NCBI GenBank assembly: GCA_005223125.1
Contig: NJBH01000002.1
Location: forward strand, 64,001-128,000
Source of the DNA: Promethearchaeota archaeon Loki_b32
GTDB lineage: Archaea > Asgardarchaeota > Lokiarchaeia > Sigyniarchaeales > SOKP01
Direction: 5' to 3'
Length of the DNA stretch: 64,000 nucleotides
A program made the translations under genes and the position numbers. The first letter of the stretch is position 1, and the number at the start of each line of letters is the position of its first letter. Under the pieces are notes generated by a model. It ran no database searches and was not told the origin of the DNA. It saw nothing but the letters and a program-made list of their open reading frames with translations. Below, in pieces: positions 10,803 through 21,154 of the stretch.

Positions 10803-10947
10803 AAAAAGAGATTACATTATAGTATTTAAGACATTCTAAAGTTAACACTGGTTTATTCTTAGTGAAAATCTTGCTAGGTAAAACAAGATGTTTTATGTAT
10901 TATCTTATAAACTAAAATTATTTTAGAAATGGTTAATTCTTATAATT

Positions 10948-11829
10948 ATGGTTGATACAACCAAAGTAGTAAAAGAAATACAAGAAGAATATAATGTAAT
11001 TGGTAGAACCGAAGAATTAAGACAGATTGTTTTAGCCCATGCAGTCAACAAGAATATCTTGCTCGAAGGGAACGTAGGAGTAGGGAAAACAACATTAGCT
11101 AAAGCTATTGCCGAATATTATGGTTCTAATGATTCTAATTTCTATAGAGTAGACTGTAGTGAAGAATTACTTCCTCATAATCTTGTTGGATATTTTGAAC
11201 CGCCCCTAGTAATTGCAAAAGGTTATATTGAAGATTCTTATAGATATGGCCCACTGGCCTTAGCGATGATGAATGGTGGATGCTTGTTTATAAATGAAAT
11301 AAATAGGATGCCTGAAAGCACTCAAAATTCATTATTAACCTCATTAGATGAAGGTATACTTGAAATATCTAAATTAAAAACAATTAAAGCCCATAAAGAT
11401 TTCTTTGTAGTAGCAACTCAAAACCCTGCAGCACATGTAGGAGTCACTGTATTAGGGGAAGCCTTGAAAGACAGATTCATATGGGTAAACTTACCTTATC
11501 ACACTTCCGAAGAAGAAATTTTAATTATTAAGCAAGAAGCAAATTTAAATAGCGAAAGTAGGGATAAGATTGCAATAATTTCTCAAAATATAATACAAGT
11601 TACCAGAGAAAGTACTTCTATCCGACGAGGTAGCTCTATAAGAGGAGCAATAGATTTGGCAACTTTAATAAACCAATATAGCAACAGTAATAGCTCTAAA
11701 AATTGGATTGAAGCGGCTGTAATGGCATTATATAATAAAATCGAACTTGAAGATGGATTAACTCAATCCAAAAAAGAAATAATCACAAATATCGTTTTAG
11801 CTGTATTAAATAAATCAGATTTTCAATAA
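10948..11829 (+). CDS. MoxR-family AAA+ ATPase (CoxD-like)
   Basis: LLEGNVGVGKT, LFINEINR, ATQNP, EALKDRF, SSIRGAID. Confidence 0.9.
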   Translation: MVDTTKVVKEIQEEYNVIGRTEELRQIVLAHAVNKNILLEGNVGVGKTTLAKAIAEYYGSNDSNFYRVDCSEELLPHNLVGYFEPPLVIAKGYIEDSYRYGPLALAMMNGGCLFINEINRMPESTQNSLLTSLDEGILEISKLKTIKAHKDFFVVATQNPAAHVGVTVLGEALKDRFIWVNLPYHTSEEEILIIKQEANLNSESRDKIAIISQNIIQVTRESTSIRRGSSIRGAIDLATLINQYSNSNSSKNWIEAAVMALYNKIELEDGLTQSKKEIITNIVLAVLNKSDFQ

Positions 11830-12938
11830 TCGATGATTTCTCTGAGGAAGAGTCTGAAGAGATTGAGAAAAGGCTGCATGTTAGATTAACTAAAAGTAAA
11901 CCAGATAAGGAGATTTTAGAGTATGAAATAATCCGAAAAAAAAAAAAAAAGCCTGATTATTATAAGCATCTTGCCAACACATTAGATTATAAGCAAATAA
12001 AGGAGTTAACATATCTAGCGATACAACATAAAAATCTTGAAGCTCTTATAGGGTTGCTAAAAGCAAACGTGTATGCTTCTACAGATGCTTTAGATACAGA
12101 AGAAGGAGTTAAATTTTTCTCGGAAAAAGCTGCAGAATCAGGAGACTTTATGCCAGAAATATATTTTTTCATAAGACGCCCTATATCTGAAAAATATAAA
12201 ACAATATTTCGCAGGCTAGCGCGACAAAGTATTCTAAAATTATCTTTAAAAATAACTAGTAAGGGAATCAGAGGTCAATTCAAAAAAACTGTACCCTATT
12301 ATCAAATGGGTATGCCTGAATTTAGTATGGATGAAACTATCCAGCATAATCCATTAAAAATTTATAAAAAAAGCTTAAACTATACAGATATTTATGGAAT
12401 TGAAAGAAAACGACAAAAGAGGAAAGTTGTATTAGTACTAGATACAAGTGGAAGTATGTATGGTCGTTTACTACTAAATGCGGCACTGACAGCCTCGGTT
12501 TTAGCCTATAATATGGAGAAGGAAGACTTTGCTATTGTTCTATTTAATTCAACTGCTATGGTTATGAAAAAAATCGACCAGAAGAAGCCAATCATTTCTA
12601 TTATTGATGACATATTAGATTCTGAAGCTGTGGGTTTTACCAATATTTCTATAGGATTAGAAAGAGGATTAAAAGAGTTAAATAAAACAAAAGAAGATAA
12701 GAAAGGTCGGTTCGGTATTTTAATAAGTGATGGCAACTATAACCGTGGTGATAATCCAGTACCTATAGCAAAAGCTTTTCCTAAGCTTCATGTTATCGGG
12801 ATGCCAGCAGATAATGACGCTGATCAGGGTATTGAGACTTGTCGAGAAATTGCTAAAGCTGGAAGAGGAAAGTTTTATGCTGTTAATGAATACAAAGAAA
12901 TCCCGCGAGCTCTAATTGAATTATTATCTCAAACTTAA
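11826..12938 (+). CDS. von Willebrand factor A domain protein (MoxR partner); true start upstream of the track start at 12054
   Basis: MIDAS LDTSGSM, GFTNI, LISDG. The frame stays open back to 11814 with protein-like sequence; ATA at 11826 overlaps the MoxR stop. Confidence 0.8.
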   Translation: MIDDFSEEESEEIEKRLHVRLTKSKPDKEILEYEIIRKKKKKPDYYKHLANTLDYKQIKELTYLAIQHKNLEALIGLLKANVYASTDALDTEEGVKFFSEKAAESGDFMPEIYFFIRRPISEKYKTIFRRLARQSILKLSLKITSKGIRGQFKKTVPYYQMGMPEFSMDETIQHNPLKIYKKSLNYTDIYGIERKRQKRKVVLVLDTSGSMYGRLLLNAALTASVLAYNMEKEDFAIVLFNSTAMVMKKIDQKKPIISIIDDILDSEAVGFTNISIGLERGLKELNKTKEDKKGRFGILISDGNYNRGDNPVPIAKAFPKLHVIGMPADNDADQGIETCREIAKAGRGKFYAVNEYKEIPRALIELLSQT

Positions 12939-13215
12939 AATATAATTATATATATTATGAAAAAGCTATTTTCTTGAAGAATTTTTTTTAGATGAATGTT
13001 AAAAGTTAATAAAGATTTGGTATATTAAACATGTATTCTTCAGTTAAGAGGAGTACAATCTACGCTTCTGAAGTGTCACAACCAGATGTGAGAATTGTTT
13101 AATTTAAATAAAATATCTTTATAAAATTTTATTGTTATATCTTTTATAATAAAATAATACTTATGATGAAATTCTTAAAATAATCTTAATGCTTATTAAA
13201 GGTACTTAAAATTGA

Positions 13216-13809
13216 ATGGGTGAGCAAACTATAATAAAAGAGCAAGAACCTCGATATATTTTTAAAATTTGTCTGATAGGCGACGGAGGAGTGGGAAAAA
13301 CTTGTATTGCTCGTAGATTATGTTTCAACACTTTCAGCGTGAATACTCAACTTACTGTTGGAATTGATTTTTATACTTATGACATTCCTTTTGCATTTAA
13401 TGGGGAGGACGCTTTTGTTAGACTTTCAATATGGGATTTTGGAGGACAAGAACAATTTAAAACACTGTTTAAATATTATATCAATGGTGCAAATGGTATT
13501 TTTTTAGTTTTTGATTTATTAAGAATGGAAAGCCTTATTAAACTAGATTGGTGGTATGATAAGATATCAAAGCACGGTCTTGATGATAGTCCAAAAATTC
13601 TGGTTGGTACTAAACTTGATTTAGCTCAAAAAGAAGACAAACAATATAAAGTAGATAGAATAATTGTTGAGCAGTTCCTTAAAAAGCACGATGAAAAAGA
13701 TTATGTCAAAACATCTTCTAAGGATAATGTAAACATTCAGAACGTTTTTATAGAGATCGTAAAAAAAATTTTAGATTCTCATGGTTTTGATTATAGAAAA
13801 ATAGGATAA
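13216..13809 (+). CDS. Rab-like small GTPase
   Basis: GDGGVGKT, TVGIDF, WDFGGQEQF, GTKLD, TSSK. Confidence 0.92.
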   Translation: MGEQTIIKEQEPRYIFKICLIGDGGVGKTCIARRLCFNTFSVNTQLTVGIDFYTYDIPFAFNGEDAFVRLSIWDFGGQEQFKTLFKYYINGANGIFLVFDLLRMESLIKLDWWYDKISKHGLDDSPKILVGTKLDLAQKEDKQYKVDRIIVEQFLKKHDEKDYVKTSSKDNVNIQNVFIEIVKKILDSHGFDYRKIG

Positions 13810-13844
13810 GAATCCTATCATGAATAGTAATTGATTAAATTTTC

Positions 13845-14390
13845 TTATTCTGTTATGAGATATTCCTTAGGGATTTTGTGTCCATATCCTGCCTTTTTAA
13901 ATTTTTGACCATTTTCAACATAGAGATTAGTACTAAATTCGTTTAATCTATTCTTTGAATATTCTTTTTTTTTAATTGCAGGCACTCCAGCATATAAACA
14001 GAAGTCGTCAGTTTCATCTCTTAAGATTGAACCACCTGCTAAGGTACTCCCCTTTCCTAATTTCGCTCCTTGTAAAATAGTAGCATTTATTCCCACTAAT
14101 GAATTATCTCCAACACTACAAGGTCCATGACACATACATGAATGGGCTAACCTTACATGATTACCAATTTTGCACGTTTCTTTAGGTCTTGAATGCAACA
14201 CAACATTTTCTTGAATACTCGTATTATTTCCTACAATAATTTTTCCCCAATCCCCGCGAAGCTTCGCACCAAACCATATATTTGTATAAGCACCTATTTC
14301 CACATCTCCAATAATTACAACATCTGGAGCAATAAAGGCGGAAGGGTGAATCTTTGGGACGGTTCCATTGAAAGGACTTTTAATTATCAT
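13845..14390 (-). CDS. Gamma carbonic anhydrase family (hexapeptide repeat) protein
   Basis: IGDVEIG, IWFGAKLRGD, IQENVVLH, H..M.HG, AGVPA. Confidence 0.88.
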   Translation of the reverse strand: MIIKSPFNGTVPKIHPSAFIAPDVVIIGDVEIGAYTNIWFGAKLRGDWGKIIVGNNTSIQENVVLHSRPKETCKIGNHVRLAHSCMCHGPCSVGDNSLVGINATILQGAKLGKGSTLAGGSILRDETDDFCLYAGVPAIKKKEYSKNRLNEFSTNLYVENGQKFKKAGYGHKIPKEYLITE

Positions 14391-14845
14391 CGCTAATCAA
14401 GGGTAAGTTAGAATATCTAAAATATATTATGTATAGTAGATAAAGCTTATGTTCACTAAAATTAGATTTCTATATTATTTCTTAAAGATCAAGTAAGAAT
14501 ATTGTGCTTATATTACGATATAATAAATATTTAAACGCGAAATTTCAGTTATTAATATATTCATCGGTTCTAAGAATTACGGAGAGATTCATTTCCTTCT
14601 GAGATACTAATAAAAGCGTCCTATCAGTGTTTGCTAATGAGAAGAAGATTTCTTTTTTATTTGGCTTGATTTCGGTTTTGTCAAATGAAAATTTAGATTA
14701 AACTTTTGTGTCTATGACAACCACACGAAAAATCTGTTGCAACTATGGTACTTATATTCATGATTTAATTGATAGTTTCATAGCTACTTCCTTAGTAAGA
14801 ATTACTTAACAACAAAAAAATATTAAAATAACAGGTGTATTTCAA

Positions 14846-15457
14846 CTGGTAGAAATATCACAATTCTTATCTCAATTAAAGAATTCTCAGCGTTTAATAC
14901 GGATGACCATTATGGGAGATGGAGCAGTAGGAAAAACAACATTAGTACAAGCTCTACTCCGAAAAACAACTAACCACAACCATAATGGTTCGATTAATAA
15001 TGTACTGGAAAATAAGAAAATTTCTCGAACTCCCTTTCTTGAAATTGAATCATGGAATTATAAGGATCTACTTTTTCAGTGCTATGATTTAGCAGGACAA
15101 AGAATTCCGGGAATGCATCCCCTAGATATTTTAAGAAATCAAGTTCTGAATTATATTGATATTTTTATATTTGTTTTTGCGTTAGATCGTTATAAATCAT
15201 TTGAGAATCTAAATAATTGGTTAAGGTTAATCAATCAAGAAAATAGAAAAAAGGCTGAAAATACAGGATTTCTTTTAGTAGGTAACAAAATTGATTTAGA
15301 AAGAAATGTTTCAGGCGCATTGATTCAGACTATAGTTGGTGAGGATAGATATTTTCAAGATTATGTAGAAACAAGTCCTATTTATGGAATAGGAATTAAT
15401 GTGATGTTACAAAAAATTGTCAATATGGGTAAAAAACTCCTTAATTTATGTGATTAA
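14846..15457 (+). CDS. Ras-superfamily small GTPase (probable CTG start at 14846)
   Basis: GDGAVGKT, YDLAGQ, GNKID, ETS. The track start at 14903 lies inside the first beta strand; an in-frame CTG follows an AGGTG SD-like motif. Confidence 0.8.
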   Translation: MVEISQFLSQLKNSQRLIRMTIMGDGAVGKTTLVQALLRKTTNHNHNGSINNVLENKKISRTPFLEIESWNYKDLLFQCYDLAGQRIPGMHPLDILRNQVLNYIDIFIFVFALDRYKSFENLNNWLRLINQENRKKAENTGFLLVGNKIDLERNVSGALIQTIVGEDRYFQDYVETSPIYGIGINVMLQKIVNMGKKLLNLCD

Positions 15458-15460
15458 GGT

Positions 15461-15482
15461 TACAATAAAGGTACAATAAAGG
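15461..15482 (+). repeat. 11-bp tandem direct repeat (TACAATAAAGG x2)
   Basis: Read directly between the GTPase and TPR genes. Confidence 0.75.
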
Positions 15483-15530
15483 TAATAATATACTCTCATC
15501 TTTTCCAAAAATAAGAGATGAGGTGTTAAA

Positions 15531-17750
15531 ATGACTGAGATCAATTGTAAAATTTGTAATGAAAGAATTAATTTTGATCTAAAAAATCCTGATACTTACA
15601 TCCATAAATCAGAATCGGGCAATTTAATGATTGGCCAATTATTTACTATCCGATTAGAACATCAAACTGATTCAGGTTCCTCACATGTAAATGTGGTTGT
15701 TGTTGATAGAAATGGAGAATATCGTGCACATAAAGATTATTATGAAGAAAAAGTGAGTGTTAAAGGAACTCCAGATCTATGGAATAACCTTCAGCGTTCT
15801 ATTCCATTAGAACTTAGATTATATTTATCTTTAGCAAGTGATGATGAGCAAATAGTTCTTTCCTCATTATCAGAGCCATTCGAAAAAACTCCACTAGAGT
15901 GGTATAAATCCTTAAAAGAATTAAGAGATAATAATCCAAATAGTCAATTAATTACATTTTTAGCTGCAAAATGGGGTTTTATTATAGGAAAAGGTAAAGA
16001 ACTTCTAAACTATAAATATGAACCTAGTTCTTGGAGTTATCCAATATATTTACGGTTACAGGCTAGATTTTCACCTTCCTCAGAATTAATATTGATTGCT
16101 AAGAGAATTGATTTCGAATTTGCTCCATTAATTATTCAATTAGAGGCAGCAGTAGCAAAATCAGAAGTTTTTCTTCGTTTAAGTAATTATGAGCTTTTAG
16201 AAGAATTATTTGATGGATGTCAGGAGAAATGGGGTAATCAAACATCTATCGAAGTAAAGACAGGATTAATGCTATTGCAGGGATATTATGGTTTTAGGTT
16301 ATATTTTCTTGGAAGGATAAATGAAGCCGTAGAAGTAATAGAGCCAGTCTTTAATTTTGGTCAAGTTTTAGGTAACCGTGAAATAATAAGTGTAACTGGA
16401 AATTTTTATGCTGCTGTTAATCAATCTAGTGGAGATTTAGAAAAAGCATTAAAAATTTTCGAAATCGTCTTAAAAGTTAGTGAGGAAATTGGTGATGAAA
16501 GAACTAATGCTGTTATTTCATCGAATATGTCTGTGATAGAATCCAAACAAGGTTTATATGATCAAGCCCTGAAACGCCAAAGAGCGATATTAGAATTACC
16601 AATTGTGAAAGAAGAGTTTTTTATAAGAATATCTTTAATGAGCATAATCGGTGAAACTCTTTTTATTTCCGAACGCTATGATGAATCAGAAGAATTATGT
16701 AAGGAAATACTGTTAGAAGAAAATTTACCTACATACTATAAAACTGATATTCTTTCTACATTGAAAAGAATTGCGGGTAAAACTGACTCTCTTGAGCTAT
16801 TAGATTTTGCAAGAAATTATATTCCAGAGGATTCAGAATTTTTAGATTCACCCGTAGGCCAAATTTTTATGCACGATCTTCAAGCAATTGAAGGTGAATT
16901 GCGGGGCAACTGGTCAGAATTGATAAATCACTTAAAAGAAGAAAGAGAAATTATGTTTAAGAATCAATCAGTTGAGGATGCAAGTGATATCGAAATTAGG
17001 CTAGCAGAAGGTTATTTTAAATATTTTCAAGAAACTGGAAAACTTGAATTCTTGAATCATGCCTATAACCATTTGGATTTAGCAAAAACTATTGCAATAG
17101 AAAATCAAAGTTATTTAGATCTATGTAGATTGGTTATGCTTAAAGGATTGCTAGCAGCCGAAAGTAGATTACCAGCACAAGCGAAAATTTATTTCGAAGA
17201 GGCACTTAGAACCGCACAAGAACATAATTTGTCAGGTTTACAAAAAGAGATAAACGAAAATCTAGAAATGCTAAATACAGGTATTATTGAAAAATCAGCT
17301 GATTCAGTATTACGCAGAATGTTTCAACGATTAACATTCAGAAAGTCTGAAGATAAAAAAACAAAAAAGAAAAGTGTTATTTATTCCCTGTTTATAGGAA
17401 CACAAGATTCTGCTTGGGAAATAATATTACGAAATGAAAAGAGCGGTTCTCTCAATGACACTATTTATCTGTTAGGAATTCATGATCTATGGAATAATAT
17501 ACGGAAAACTATGATACAACAACAGGTAAATTATTTTACCGTTCGTAGAGGTGCTGTATTAATAGAAAATTCAGCTCATTTTCAATTATTTGCCTTATGT
17601 GATCAATTGGATTATCTTACTAGATTAACTATTCAAAACCTCTTACCCGAATTAGAAGATTTCTCTTTCAGGCATATTCCAGAAGAATTAGAAGATAAAG
17701 TGTTGAAAACGCTTAACAAGGATATCGGTAAGTTTTCTAAAGTGGAATAA
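15531..17750 (+). CDS. TPR-repeat protein with N-terminal CxxC..H..H domain
   Basis: CKIC...H...H N-terminus, TPR-like helices (GDLEKALKIFE, GLYDQALKRQ), GAGGTG SD. Confidence 0.75.
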   Translation: MTEINCKICNERINFDLKNPDTYIHKSESGNLMIGQLFTIRLEHQTDSGSSHVNVVVVDRNGEYRAHKDYYEEKVSVKGTPDLWNNLQRSIPLELRLYLSLASDDEQIVLSSLSEPFEKTPLEWYKSLKELRDNNPNSQLITFLAAKWGFIIGKGKELLNYKYEPSSWSYPIYLRLQARFSPSSELILIAKRIDFEFAPLIIQLEAAVAKSEVFLRLSNYELLEELFDGCQEKWGNQTSIEVKTGLMLLQGYYGFRLYFLGRINEAVEVIEPVFNFGQVLGNREIISVTGNFYAAVNQSSGDLEKALKIFEIVLKVSEEIGDERTNAVISSNMSVIESKQGLYDQALKRQRAILELPIVKEEFFIRISLMSIIGETLFISERYDESEELCKEILLEENLPTYYKTDILSTLKRIAGKTDSLELLDFARNYIPEDSEFLDSPVGQIFMHDLQAIEGELRGNWSELINHLKEEREIMFKNQSVEDASDIEIRLAEGYFKYFQETGKLEFLNHAYNHLDLAKTIAIENQSYLDLCRLVMLKGLLAAESRLPAQAKIYFEEALRTAQEHNLSGLQKEINENLEMLNTGIIEKSADSVLRRMFQRLTFRKSEDKKTKKKSVIYSLFIGTQDSAWEIILRNEKSGSLNDTIYLLGIHDLWNNIRKTMIQQQVNYFTVRRGAVLIENSAHFQLFALCDQLDYLTRLTIQNLLPELEDFSFRHIPEELEDKVLKTLNKDIGKFSKVE

Positions 17751-17822
17751 CCTTGATTTTTAAATTTAAACCAGAGTATAGTAAATTCCTCATCTTTTTT
17801 TTTTAAAAAAGGATACCGTTTC

Positions 17823-18161
17823 TTAAAGGAGTTTTGTTTCTGAAGTAGGAGTTGGCGTCTTTATAACTAAAAATCGAAAAATTTTATCAGATTCATTTAG
17901 TAATGTATGGGAGATTTTAGCTGGACTAAAAATCAATTGATCTTTTTTAACATGTTCTCTTTCTTTTCCAATCTCTACTATTCCATTGCCTTCAAGAATG
18001 TAAAAATTCACATCTACAGGAGTTATATGCCTTTTAAGAGCTTCTCCTGGTTTAAGTTCAATGTGAACAAATGTTGCATGTTCAAAATTAAATAATTTTT
18101 TTATAGCTACTTTATGAGGTGTATCTGCAATTTGAACGTCTTTAATATCTACTATTTTCAT
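17823..18161 (-). CDS. Cupin domain protein
   Basis: LKPGE..H.TP, FYILEGNG, P....H motif; ATG at 18161. Confidence 0.85.
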   Translation of the reverse strand: MKIVDIKDVQIADTPHKVAIKKLFNFEHATFVHIELKPGEALKRHITPVDVNFYILEGNGIVEIGKEREHVKKDQLIFSPAKISHTLLNESDKIFRFLVIKTPTPTSETKLL

Positions 18162-18284
18162 TTGTTTTTTACCTTTATTTTCAATTTTCAATAAATAAAT
18201 ATTTAGTTATGCAGTTTAAAATTTAATATTATATAAAGTTAAGAATGAACATCTTCGAGATTAAATTATAATTTAAATCAAGTT

Positions 18285-18926
18285 TTAACTGCTAGATTGG
18301 AGATAACTCTCAGCAAGTCTTTTATAAATTCGTCTCATAGTTTCAGAAAGAGCAGATTTAGATATATGAAGAGTTTTAGCAAACTCGGTTAATGAAATTC
18401 TTCGTGGAATATCAAAATATCCGTTTTTACTTGCGATATTTAATATTTCATTTTGTCTACTAGTGAGTAGTGCAGATTTATAGTAATATCCTATACTCTC
18501 AATAGCAGCTTTAATCCCATTTTTTTCTAATTGTATCATGAAGTGATCTACCTTAAACCGATCTGTAATTGCCTCTATTCTTATTTTCCCTGCTTTTACC
18601 AATATTGGATATATTATTAAAAGCTCAGTTTTTACCAACGCGTTTAATATCCATGGATCTACCACCTTTACATTAAATAATACAAGTTCTTCTCCTTCAA
18701 ATAAAATTTGTGATGAAATTTTAGTTGATTTTTCTTTAAAGTCTGAAATAAATCGTGTAACAGATGGACCATTTATTTGATATAAAGTTAATCCAGTTTT
18801 ATCATCAATAAGAAATTTAGATAAGATATAAAAATTTAACTCAGGATATTTTTTGTTTAATTTAGCTAACCATTTATCTTGAGGTATATCTATTTTAAGT
18901 TTAATTTGAACAATATCTTGAGACAT
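18285..18926 (-). CDS. Bat-like (HTH_10) transcriptional regulator
   Basis: LTSRQNEIL..A...GYFDIPRRISLTEFAKTLHISKSALSE C-terminus. Confidence 0.9.
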   Translation of the reverse strand: MSQDIVQIKLKIDIPQDKWLAKLNKKYPELNFYILSKFLIDDKTGLTLYQINGPSVTRFISDFKEKSTKISSQILFEGEELVLFNVKVVDPWILNALVKTELLIIYPILVKAGKIRIEAITDRFKVDHFMIQLEKNGIKAAIESIGYYYKSALLTSRQNEILNIASKNGYFDIPRRISLTEFAKTLHISKSALSETMRRIYKRLAESYLQSSS

Positions 18927-18956
18927 ATTAAAATAAAAAATGCCTTTAAAAATATA

Positions 18957-18970
18957 CTTTACCCGTAAAG
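18957..18970. promoter_or_regulatory. Palindromic operator candidate CTTTAC-CC-GTAAAG
   Basis: Between the divergent Bat-HTH and Fe-S genes; near-identical copy at 22212-22225. Confidence 0.45.
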
Positions 18971-19036
18971 GAAGAAAAATTTTTCTCTTTAATCCTTATA
19001 ATTAATTAAAATAAATTAAAAAAATAACTGATTAAA

Positions 19037-19879
19037 ATGATTTTGCAAAATACAGGAATGAAGTTCGATGTGATTACAGCAATTCCCATGTTTATATTAT
19101 GGATTGCTATATCTATCGTGGCTTTAATTTTAATTAATAAAGGAAAATTGAATAAAAAATATAGTTTGATTATTTATGCATTCGTGATTGTTCTTGGAGG
19201 TGTTATCCTAGGTGGTATACCCAATGCTGTTTTACCAATTCAAACTATTCTTTCGACTATTGGAGTGATCAGGCCTATTATTACCATTCTACCTATGATA
19301 ATAATCTTAATAATATTACTACTAACAGTATTATTATTTGGTCGAATATTCTGTGGTTTTGCTTGCCCAGTGGGGGCATTGCAAGAAATTGTTTCAAAAA
19401 TTAACTTTAAGTCTAGCGTCAAAAAGCAAAAAAATGTGAAATATAAAATAGATATTTCTCTAAAAACCGCAACTATTATACGATGGATTCTTTTTGCAGT
19501 TGTTGTTGTATTAACAATTTTCTGGAGTTTTTCAGTCCTACAAATAATAAATCCTTTCACTGGCTTTAAAATTTTTACTAATCCTCTTGTTCCTCTGTTT
19601 TTAATTCCCGGAATTACATTATTGATAGTAACAGTTGCTAGTATTTTCATATATCGACCTTGGTGTAGACTTGCTTGCCCATTTGGTGCATTGTCTTCTA
19701 TAGTTGGTCGTTTTAGCCGAATTAAATACATAAGAACAGAAGACTGTAATGAATGCGGATTATGTGAAAAAATTTGTCCTACTCATCAAGCAGAACAAAA
19801 TAGCAAAAAAGAAGAATGTTATTATTGTAGTAGATGTGTTGATGTTTGTCCTCAGAATTCCATAAAATTGGGAAAATAA
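19037..19879 (+). CDS. Membrane 4Fe-4S binding protein (NapH/MauN-like)
   Basis: GRIFCGFACPVG and WCRLACPFG motifs, two CxxCxxCxxxCP ferredoxin motifs, TM helices. Confidence 0.88.
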   Translation: MILQNTGMKFDVITAIPMFILWIAISIVALILINKGKLNKKYSLIIYAFVIVLGGVILGGIPNAVLPIQTILSTIGVIRPIITILPMIIILIILLLTVLLFGRIFCGFACPVGALQEIVSKINFKSSVKKQKNVKYKIDISLKTATIIRWILFAVVVVLTIFWSFSVLQIINPFTGFKIFTNPLVPLFLIPGITLLIVTVASIFIYRPWCRLACPFGALSSIVGRFSRIKYIRTEDCNECGLCEKICPTHQAEQNSKKEECYYCSRCVDVCPQNSIKLGK

Positions 19880-20033
19880 TATAAACCCAAATTATTTAAA
19901 ACTTTTTTATTTTTTAATTTAAGATGTTTACACTATCGCAGATCTAATTGTTATTCTTAATAACCTACTTATGTAATAATTCCTACTGATTTAAAAAAAC
20001 TAATTTTCTTTAATTTCTATTTGGCGAGTAATT

Positions 20034-20347
20034 TTAGTGTCCATCTTGAACACCTAAAATAATCAAATTTTCAAGACTTTTTATACCTCTTATTTCATTA
20101 GCTTCGATAAATATAGAATCATTCTTTTTTAATTCATATTCTCCGTCTTTACGGGTAAAAATTCCAGAACCTCTAATATTAAAAAAAATACAGCATAAGG
20201 TTCAGTGTGTGGTTGTATTTCTATTCCTTTTTCTAAGCACACACGAACTATATTAAACATTTTTGATTTAATGATTTTTTTTAGAACTGGTTTTTTTGCT
20301 GAAAATATTACATTAGATAATAGATTATCAGAAATCATTTTATTCAC
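20034..20347 (-). pseudogene. Frameshifted cupin gene
   Basis: The first frame gives ...IQPHTEPYAVFFLILE. The -1 frame continues GSGIFTRKDGEYELKKNDSIFIEANEIRGIKSLENLIILGVQDGH* (stop at 20034-20036). Confidence 0.75.
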
Positions 20348-20353
20348 TATTAA

Positions 20354-21154
20354 TTACCTCATATTTTTTTTCATCATCATTTTTTTCTTACTTGCTGTTT
20401 CGGATAATCTCTTAGGCATCGTTTTCTTATGTAAGATGTAATTTACAATAGATAATGATATTATCCAAAAGATTAACATTAAGATGTCAAATTGAACTAA
20501 GAAAAAATTATTCCCCTCCACGCAAAATCTTAATAAATCGGTTAGAAATGTTATGGGTGATAGAAAGGATATGAATACTAAATTGAATGGCATCATTTGG
20601 AGAGGAACAAAAATTCCGCTTATAAATAGTAAGGGGAACTTAATGAGATTCATGATAATCATCACGTCTGAGGTCATATCTGTTGGGTTAGCAGCTACTA
20701 ATAAACCTAATAGTGAACCTAAGATTGACATGAGTCCAATCCCAAAAAACATTAAAAATATAGTTATTAGTGAATTGAATCCAACTGAAAATATTAGTAC
20801 AAAGATAATAGTAATAATTGAAGTAATAAATAATGAATAAAGAGTGGAAGCCAAGATTATCCCTATTAAAATTTCATTCAATGATATCGGAGAAGATAGT
20901 ATCCTTTCTAAAGATTTTTCACGGGTTTCAATTGGTAAGACAACAGGACTAATTGCCGTAGCTGTGAAAAAAGACGTCATTGCGATAATCCCAATAAATA
21001 CAAGATTTAAAGAGATCTTCCTCCCAATAACCCACGAGAGAGTCATAAAGAAAGGAAACATTAAGCCAAAAATCAGTACTGGCCCCTTTTTAATATACAA
21101 GGTTATATTTTTCTTACTTAAAAGCCAAATTCTAGTTAAACTATCCTGGATCAT
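20354..21154 (-). CDS. ABC-2 type exporter permease
   Basis: Six TM segments, ETREKSLERILSSPIS, FISGIFVP, SPITF. Confidence 0.85.
   Translation of the reverse strand: MIQDSLTRIWLLSKKNITLYIKKGPVLIFGLMFPFFMTLSWVIGRKISLNLVFIGIIAMTSFFTATAISPVVLPIETREKSLERILSSPISLNEILIGIILASTLYSLFITSIITIIFVLIFSVGFNSLITIFLMFFGIGLMSILGSLLGLLVAANPTDMTSDVMIIMNLIKFPLLFISGIFVPLQMMPFNLVFISFLSPITFLTDLLRFCVEGNNFFLVQFDILMLIFWIISLSIVNYILHKKTMPKRLSETASKKKMMMKKNMR

Noticed and set aside
13033-13096. Possible structured RNA or SECIS-like hairpins upstream of the Rab-like gene
   Set aside because: Stems are short and GU-rich, there is no clear family motif, and no nearby gene has an in-frame TGA.
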